From the NCBI GenBank assembly GCA_963706285.1, contig CAVPLU010000010.1, forward strand, positions 64,001 through 128,000: a DNA stretch of 64,000 nt. The letters are read 5' to 3'. Both the position numbers and the translations under genes were made by a program. The notes below the pieces were generated by a model. It had not been told where the DNA came from, made no database searches, and worked only from the letters and a program-made list of their open reading frames with translations. This DNA is from Candidatus Bathyarchaeota archaeon (GTDB taxonomy: Archaea > Thermoproteota > Bathyarchaeia > 40CM-2-53-6). Below, piece by piece: positions 57,564 through 64,000 of the stretch. The first letter of the stretch is position 1. The number at the start of each line of letters is the position of its first letter.

Positions 57564-58208
57564 TTATGTGGCGATTGCTTGTTTCTCCATTCGACCCTTT
57601 ATTCTCTTCAATCTGAAGAAATCTTCGCGCTCGCGTTCCTCCAAATGCATCTGGATGTATCTAATGGAGTGGAGAACCCGAGGGATAATTACGTAATCAA
57701 GTGAGTTGACGCGCCTCTTTGTTGAAGCTATGGCTTGCGCGAGTTTTCGCGTGGATGCTTCTGCGCTAGATAGTTCCGTGATCGCCTTCAACGCGTCTAT
57801 CATCTTCGTGGTAGCCTCATCGAGTTTTGCTGATGTCGCAAGCATATTGTAAGGTGCGGTCTTGATTGGTAGCACTTTGACTTCGACTTGCGGTAAGGTG
57901 ACTCCGATCACGTTACGAGTCTTGGTGTCAACTTCGAATCGGTCCTCGACGCCTATTGCGAACTGTTCAAGCCTCGCTAGTCCGTGCACCATCTGTGCTT
58001 CTATGAACAGAATGTAGGCTTCTTGAAGAAGCGCATACGAGCGTTCTCTAAGTGCGGATATCTGGCGCACGTTCTCAAAGAATTCGATCATCAGGGCATC
58101 AAGTTTCTCTCTAAGCAGATCTCTTCCTCGTTCTGCTATTGCTCGCCTCTTTCTCAGAGCGAGCAATTCCATTCTCGTCGGGTGAATGCCCGAGATGACT
58201 TCTGACAT
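57564..58208 (-). CDS. atpD: A/V-type ATP synthase subunit D
   Basis: PTRMELL, LL.EK.DAL, TKRRVNSL, EEREREDFFRLK. Confidence 0.95.
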   Translation of the reverse strand: MSEVISGIHPTRMELLALRKRRAIAERGRDLLREKLDALMIEFFENVRQISALRERSYALLQEAYILFIEAQMVHGLARLEQFAIGVEDRFEVDTKTRNVIGVTLPQVEVKVLPIKTAPYNMLATSAKLDEATTKMIDALKAITELSSAEASTRKLAQAIASTKRRVNSLDYVIIPRVLHSIRYIQMHLEEREREDFFRLKRIKGRMEKQAIAT

Positions 58209-59608
58209 TACACGGTGCCCTTGTTTCTGTGAGTTGGATGATATTTCGTGATGGTCGATGGATCGATGCGTTTTAGTTCGGTTTCAGGCAGCACGGACAG
58301 CAAGTCCCAGCCGAGGTCTAGGGTTTGTTCGATGTCTCTGTTCTCGTACTCGCCTTGGTTGATGAAGCGTTTCTCAAACGCGTCGGCGAAGTTCAGATAG
58401 AGCTTGTCTCTTGCTGAGAGTGCTTCTTCTCCTATGACGGCGACAAGGTCTCGGAAAGACCGTCCCTCAGCATATGAGTAGTAGAGTTGGTCCGATACTT
58501 CACGGTGGTCCTCACGTGTACGGTTCTTGCCAATTCCTTCTCTCATGAGTCGAGACAGTGATGGTGAAACGTCTATCGGAGGGTAGATGCCGCGTCTGTG
58601 AAGGCCTCTGTCAACGATCAATTGCCCCTCTGTGATGTAACCTGTCAAATCGGCAATTGGGTGAGTGATGTCATCGTGGGGCATGGTCAGAATCGGCATC
58701 TGGGTGATCGAGCCCTTGCCATTGTGTACTCTTCCGGCTCTCTCATAGATCGTGGACAGGTCAGTGTACATGTAGCCAGGATACCCACGTCTTCCCGGCA
58801 CTTCTTCGCGGGCGGCTGAAATCTCACGTAGTGCCTCCGCATAGTTCGTCATGTCAGTCAGTATGACCAGCACGTGCATGCCGAGCTTGAACGCAAAGAA
58901 TTCGGCGGCCGTAAGCGCAACCCTGGGTGTAATGGTTCTCTCTATCGCAGGGTCATCTGCCAAGTTCACGAACATCGTGACGTGTTCAAAAGCGCCTTGC
59001 TTCTCAAAGTCCTCCCGGAAGAATCTTGCCTCATCGGCTGTGATGCCAATTGCAGCGAACACGGTCGTGAAGGTTTCTCCCGTGCCTCGGACTCGAGCTT
59101 GTCTAGCTACTTGCGCGGCAACCGCGTTGTGCGGAAGTCCGGCGCCTGAGAAGAAGGGTAACTTCTGTCCTCTGACGAGCGTGTTCATTCCATCTATAGC
59201 CGATACTCCGGTCTGGATGAACTCTCTTGGGTAGGTTCTTGCGTACGGGTTGATCGGCGCTCCATGGACGTCCCAGTAATCTTCCGGAATGATATTGGGG
59301 CCGCCGTCGATTGGTGTTCCACTACCGTCGAAGACTCTTCCAAGCATGTCAGATGAGACGGGGAGTTTGATAGTCTCACCTGCAAATCTCACGGAGGTTT
59401 CTTTGACGTCTAAGCCTGAGGTGCCTTCGAAGACCTGAACCACAGCCATCTTGTCGCTTACTTCTAGGACCTGTCCTCTGCGTTCGGTACCGTCTGGAGC
59501 GACAACCCTAACGAGTTCACCGAAACCAACACCAGTCGCCGCCTCCACGAAGAGAAGTGGCCCGGAGATTCGCGTAATCGTTTTGTACTCTCTTAGAACC
59601 ATACTCAT
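58208..59608 (-). CDS. atpB: A/V-type ATP synthase subunit B
   Basis: [38 protein letters not shown]. Confidence 0.96.
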   Translation of the reverse strand: MSMVLREYKTITRISGPLLFVEAATGVGFGELVRVVAPDGTERRGQVLEVSDKMAVVQVFEGTSGLDVKETSVRFAGETIKLPVSSDMLGRVFDGSGTPIDGGPNIIPEDYWDVHGAPINPYARTYPREFIQTGVSAIDGMNTLVRGQKLPFFSGAGLPHNAVAAQVARQARVRGTGETFTTVFAAIGITADEARFFREDFEKQGAFEHVTMFVNLADDPAIERTITPRVALTAAEFFAFKLGMHVLVILTDMTNYAEALREISAAREEVPGRRGYPGYMYTDLSTIYERAGRVHNGKGSITQMPILTMPHDDITHPIADLTGYITEGQLIVDRGLHRRGIYPPIDVSPSLSRLMREGIGKNRTREDHREVSDQLYYSYAEGRSFRDLVAVIGEEALSARDKLYLNFADAFEKRFINQGEYENRDIEQTLDLGWDLLSVLPETELKRIDPSTITKYHPTHRNKGTV

Positions 59609-59610
59609 TC

Positions 59611-61404
59611 TTACTGCCCCTCCGCACTACGTGTCTCGGCGATCAGTTTGCTGAATTGATCGTCCAGATTTCCTTCGATTCTCTTTGCGACTTCAGCGAA
59701 CTTTTCTGATGGTTCGATCTTGCATCTTGCGATTTCTTGCCTCACAGGGAGGTCGAGGATCCGCTGGAGTGATGCTCCATCTTCGACGGCTCCCTCCATC
59801 TTCTTGTGGAACTTTAGGATCAGGTTCATCATTTCTGTCGTCTTCTGTGGTGAGCAGTAGCTGTCGACTGGATGGAGTGCGCTTTGAATGAGAAAGTCCT
59901 CCTTGATCATGCGAGCAGCTTCAAGAGTTGCCCTTTGGCCTTCCGATAGTGCATCTGGGCCGACGAGCATGACGATCTCTCTAAGCTCCTCATCCCTCTG
60001 CAGGAGCGACATCGCGTCTCGTCGAAGATGCTTCCTGGGTTGCTTGGCATCCTGTTCGTACCATTCTTCGATCGAGTTGAGGTAGAGCGAGTAGCTCGTA
60101 AGCCAATCAATGGCGGGAAAATGACGTCTCTCAGCGAGCGACTTGCTAAGTGCCCAGAAGACCTTTGTGATTCGAAGCGTATTCTGCGTCACAGGCTCGG
60201 AGAAGTCTCCGCCGCTTGGTGAGACAGCACCAACAGCTGATACTGAACCGGCTTTTGATTCACTCCCGAGCAATTCGACTCTCCCTGCGCGTTCGTAGAA
60301 TTCCGCCAGCTTCGAAGCCAGGTAAGCCGGGTACCCTTCTTCACCAGGCATCTCCTCCAATCGACCAGAGATCTCCCTGAGTGCCTCCGCCCAACGAGAG
60401 GTTGAATCAGCCATCAATGCGACATCGTATCCCATGTCTCTGAAGTATTCTGCCATCGTAATGCCCGTGTAGACACTTGCCTCTCTTGCAGCGATTGGCA
60501 TGTTTGACGTATTCGCTACCAGAATCGTCCGCGCCATAAGCGGCTGTCCGCTTCTCGGATCCTTCAATTCCGGAAATGTCTCAAGGACTTCAGTCATCTC
60601 GTTGCCGCGTTCCCCACAACCCACATAGACGATGATCTCGGCATCCGCCCATTTCGCAAGCTGCTGCTGCATCACAGTCTTGCCAGTCCCGAACCCACCG
60701 GGGATGGCGGCAGTTCCGCCTTTCGCTATTGGGAATAGAAAGTCCATTATTCGCTGGCCTGTGACGAGCGGCACGACCGAAGGGAGCTTGGACTTGATGG
60801 GCCGCGCCTTTCTAACGGGCCACGTGTGCATCAGCTGAAGCTTCACAAGCTGTTTCTCTGTCTGGACTTCAGCGACATCGTCTGTAACATGATACTCGCT
60901 CTCTTTCACAATTGACTTAACCGTGCCGGCCACGTTTGGAGGCACAAGAATTCGTTGGGTAACTAGGACGCTTTCAGGTACATCACCCAGAACGTCTCCT
61001 CCCGTGATCTTCTGACCGATCTTGACCTTTGGCACAAAGCGCCAAGTCTTCTTCCGGTCAAGCGCAGGCGAAGTGACACCACGCGCAATGAAAGTCCCCG
61101 CGATTTCTCTCAAAGTCGGAAGCGGTCGCTGGATCCCATCGTAAATTTGGTTAATCATTCCCGGGCCTAACTCGACGGAAAGAGGTTTCCCGGTCCTCTC
61201 CACATGCTCGCCAGGTTTGATGCCAACGGTCTCTTCGTATACCTGGACGGTCGCTCTCTCTCCTTCTACCCGTATGATTTCGCCGATGAGCCCCGCGTTC
61301 CCCACCTTGACGAGTTCATACATCTGAACCCCTAACATGTCACGGGCTACTACGACGGGTCCTATGATTCTCTCAATGACTCCTGGCTTGTACAAATGTA
61401 TCAA
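59611..61404 (-). CDS. atpA: A/V-type ATP synthase subunit A
   Basis: [38 protein letters not shown]; normal length, no intein. Confidence 0.96.
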   Translation of the reverse strand: MIHLYKPGVIERIIGPVVVARDMLGVQMYELVKVGNAGLIGEIIRVEGERATVQVYEETVGIKPGEHVERTGKPLSVELGPGMINQIYDGIQRPLPTLREIAGTFIARGVTSPALDRKKTWRFVPKVKIGQKITGGDVLGDVPESVLVTQRILVPPNVAGTVKSIVKESEYHVTDDVAEVQTEKQLVKLQLMHTWPVRKARPIKSKLPSVVPLVTGQRIMDFLFPIAKGGTAAIPGGFGTGKTVMQQQLAKWADAEIIVYVGCGERGNEMTEVLETFPELKDPRSGQPLMARTILVANTSNMPIAAREASVYTGITMAEYFRDMGYDVALMADSTSRWAEALREISGRLEEMPGEEGYPAYLASKLAEFYERAGRVELLGSESKAGSVSAVGAVSPSGGDFSEPVTQNTLRITKVFWALSKSLAERRHFPAIDWLTSYSLYLNSIEEWYEQDAKQPRKHLRRDAMSLLQRDEELREIVMLVGPDALSEGQRATLEAARMIKEDFLIQSALHPVDSYCSPQKTTEMMNLILKFHKKMEGAVEDGASLQRILDLPVRQEIARCKIEPSEKFAEVAKRIEGNLDDQFSKLIAETRSAEGQ

Positions 61405-61753
61405 CCGCGTTGGGCGTCATATCCCACTGGAACGGTGCACGTACGATTTGCAGGACAATTAAGCATTTCCAGAATTGAACCTAGGCACGGCCAGACTGCC
61501 TCAGGGGCAAGACTCGCAATCAAAAAGGACGCCAGCAGAGCGGTCGCCCTGGGCAGAGGAGATGTCATTCCCTTCAACTGGAGTACTTTGATTCAGCTCT
61601 CTTGCTTATACTCGCCGTCTGGCCACTCTTCAATCGGTTAGTTGGATGATATCGCTAAATGAGATGAAACACAACAGTAGGCAACTGATCGAGTGCACAA
61701 CAAGAATCGAGCAGATGCTAGTTCAGATAGCCGCTGCTGGATCCTGACTTTTC

Positions 61754-62749
61754 TTAGAGCAGGAAACGTCCGTTTTCCATCAGTTTCCTGTCGTCCACCC
61801 ATAGAGTTGCATCCTTCAGGATCGCGTCCACGTGAGTTCGCGACTCCCAATCTGCTCCCGTCTCATCAGTGTACGGATCACCGAAGGCGACATGCACACA
61901 TGGAAACTTCTCGTCCTGAAGTAAGTTACCGATAAGTTTCGTTAATGATGTGTTTGTCCCAATAGCAAACTCGCCAAGTCTGTTGCTGTTCTTGTCTGTC
62001 TGCAAGTATCTTGCGAACTCTTCCTGCAATTCACCGTTCGAGCATCTGACTGTGGAAATGTCGGCTCGGGAATCTCGCACATCTATCGTTACAGGCGATC
62101 GTTCTAGGACGCCGTACTTGTCGCTGAACCAGTCGCCTAGTTCGTTAGCAACAACCGTTCCTTGAGCCTTCCAGGCAGCTGTGAAGATTTCACCGTCAGG
62201 GAGGTTTCCCCACTGTCCCTTTTTCCGGAATATTCCATCTGAAATCTTCCATCTCCATTGAGGATGAAATTCCACTGTTAAGTCGGATCCTGCTGGAGTA
62301 GTGACGCGTGCTCTCTTGGCTTTCGCCACCGCATAGTGAACTTGCTTGGTGAGTTCAGAAATCTGCTCATAGTCAGCGCACATTCCTTCTTCCATTAGTT
62401 GCTCGTTTACAGATGGCATGTGGCCGTGTCGTGCATGCTCCTTGGCGAGTTTGATGAATGGCATTCTTAGGCCCAATTCGCCACGGATGCTTCGCGCAGC
62501 GTAGAATGTCACGTTCGCCCATCGAATAGATTCCTCTAGCGGCTTTGGAAGTGAAGTCAAAGGTCGCTTGCCAAAGTCCTCAAGAAATGTGATCTTCACG
62601 TTGTGTGGGGTAATTTTCTCAGCTGCACCCTTGAGCGCCTCCCCGATCTTTCGTGTAAAAGAATCCGTTACTATGAACACGTGCTCGTCTGGTCTAACGC
62701 CCATGCAGACCTCAACTGCCACACGGGCGCCTTCCTCAACCGTACCCAA
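61754..62749 (-). CDS. M29-family (thermophilic metallo) aminopeptidase
   Basis: GNLPDGEIF, LGEFAIGTN, QDEK, HVAFG, THVD. Confidence 0.85.
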   Translation of the reverse strand: MGTVEEGARVAVEVCMGVRPDEHVFIVTDSFTRKIGEALKGAAEKITPHNVKITFLEDFGKRPLTSLPKPLEESIRWANVTFYAARSIRGELGLRMPFIKLAKEHARHGHMPSVNEQLMEEGMCADYEQISELTKQVHYAVAKAKRARVTTPAGSDLTVEFHPQWRWKISDGIFRKKGQWGNLPDGEIFTAAWKAQGTVVANELGDWFSDKYGVLERSPVTIDVRDSRADISTVRCSNGELQEEFARYLQTDKNSNRLGEFAIGTNTSLTKLIGNLLQDEKFPCVHVAFGDPYTDETGADWESRTHVDAILKDATLWVDDRKLMENGRFLL

Positions 62750-62887
62750 GAGAGGATCACGAACTTTTGATGAAGAGAAAGAGCGTATTAACGCTTCGCG
62801 AGTGCACGAGTATTGTTCGATCCGATTTGATCGTATAGTTATATCTCATGGCGACTGAAACTCGTTTGAAACGGAGACTTCCCCATC

Positions 62888-63526
62888 TTGATTCCGCTTA
62901 AGCTCCTTGATGATGTGATGGCCCTGAAACGCGTTCCGAGAAGCGGATGGATAACATACAGAATCAGCAAGTACGATGTTGAGCCCGTTTCTTCGCATAC
63001 CTATTCAGTCGCCGTGATCGCGTTTGTAATGTCAGAGACTGTCCGACTGACGAATCGAGAAATCGATATGGAGAAAGTGCTGAAGATGGCACTACTTCAC
63101 GATCTATCCGAGTCCATGACCTTCGATATCAGCAAAGCCTACCTCCGATACCTCGGTAGAAACGGCGAGAAAATCAAGAGACATCTTGAGCGGAAGGCGA
63201 TCTCTCGCATTTTAGCAGACATCAACAATAGGCGACTAGCTAAGACTCTTAGAGTCACTGTTGAGGAATACGATTCCGCGAGGTCGCTAGAGGCGAAGAT
63301 AGTTCACTGCGCCGACGCCATTGATCTTCTGCTTCAAGTGATCGAATATGAGAAAATGGGATACCCTAAGACCACTCTCAATCCGATCTGGAAAGAAACT
63401 CGATCAAAACTGACAAAATACAAATTCCCACTCGCTGATCAGTGGTCGCGTCAACTTGAGAAAGTCAGAACAGGACTCCACAGCAAGCGTGCATACAAGA
63501 AGTCTAGAGTCGCTACAGTCAGATGA
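62888..63526 (+). CDS. HD-domain hydrolase (YfbR/HDDC2-like 5'-nucleotidase)
   Basis: LKRVPRSGW, E.V..H, ALLHDLSE, EAKIV..AD. Confidence 0.88.
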   Translation: MIPLKLLDDVMALKRVPRSGWITYRISKYDVEPVSSHTYSVAVIAFVMSETVRLTNREIDMEKVLKMALLHDLSESMTFDISKAYLRYLGRNGEKIKRHLERKAISRILADINNRRLAKTLRVTVEEYDSARSLEAKIVHCADAIDLLLQVIEYEKMGYPKTTLNPIWKETRSKLTKYKFPLADQWSRQLEKVRTGLHSKRAYKKSRVATVR

Positions 63527-63962
63527 CGCGGATGTAGTCGTTTGAGACCTGGACTACTCCGACTTCAGGTTCAAGCGCCCATATCCCGAACTCGTTTATC
63601 TCCGGGTCCACAACCAGGGCAACGACAAACGGCGAGAACTGCAACAGCTTTCCATGCGTGGTCAAGTCCGTTTCTGACATGAATATGCCGTATCCTGGGT
63701 GAGAGTGATACCAACCCACAATTCTACCATCAAGCCTACCTCTCACTATATCATCCGCAACTTTAGCCAGCTTACCTGCGGAAAGCACGCATGACGTTTC
63801 CGAATCACCATCTCCACCCACGACGATCTCGTTGACCCATAGTCCGTCTTCGAGGAATGATCCGATGAGCAGTCCAATGCGCTCGTAGGGACGCCTCACA
63901 TCGGCCGAGATTCGATCTAGGACAATGCTTGCGATGTTGATGTTGAACAAGTCGATCGCCAT
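63519..63962 (-). CDS. JAMM/MPN+ metalloprotease (Rpn11-like motif)
   Basis: E..GLLIG, VGWYHSHPGYGIFMSETD, VALVVDP. Confidence 0.88.
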   Translation of the reverse strand: MAIDLFNINIASIVLDRISADVRRPYERIGLLIGSFLEDGLWVNEIVVGGDGDSETSCVLSAGKLAKVADDIVRGRLDGRIVGWYHSHPGYGIFMSETDLTTHGKLLQFSPFVVALVVDPEINEFGIWALEPEVGVVQVSNDYIRVI

Positions 63963-64000
63963 CCCGGAGTGCCTGGCAATACGCTTCTATGGAAATAAGC

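Noticed and set aside
59611-61404. Intein in atpA
   Set aside because: 597 aa with continuous motifs around the P-loop; no insertion
1-64000. CRISPR array, cas genes, integrase, transposase, rRNA
   Set aside because: No regularly spaced repeats or recognisable motifs seen by eye

Overview
Archaeal chromosomal segment. TFE, Trm56, MBF1, NAC, the A-type ATPase A/B/D genes and an intron-containing tRNA mark it as archaeal; the gene content is most consistent with a TACK lineage such as Bathyarchaeia (inference). From left to right it holds: a molybdenum/tungsten cofactor cluster (ABC ATPase, moaA-D-E-C-B, moeA, a small CDGSH gene missed by the ORF track, Mop); cimA-like, trans-sulfuration and ArsS-like genes; a ~10 kb island of secreted or membrane-anchored proteins whose intergenic DNA carries tRNA-derived repeats and hairpins; hflX; a CBS-GT4 / six-hairpin / GH130 glycan module; mixed metabolic genes; tRNA-Val(TAC) with a D-arm intron; a Tyr-rich surface protein; a conserved information-processing cluster; a nitrogen-assimilation locus (GOGAT-like FMN protein, 38-aa Zn-finger ORF, glnA, amt, divergent tandem-Lrp regulator); atpD/B/A; an aminopeptidase, an HD hydrolase and a JAMM protease. 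The strongest candidate new systems are (1) a nitrogen regulon with no PII or NrpR gene in the window, built from a double-Lrp regulator, a shared 22-bp promoter motif and a micro Zn-finger protein, and (2) tRNA-Ala-like repeats bracketing a block of surface-protein genes. At least 7 frameshifts in 6 conserved genes are each repaired by removing one base, which points to insertion errors in the sequence. All calls come from motif recognition by eye; no searches were run.
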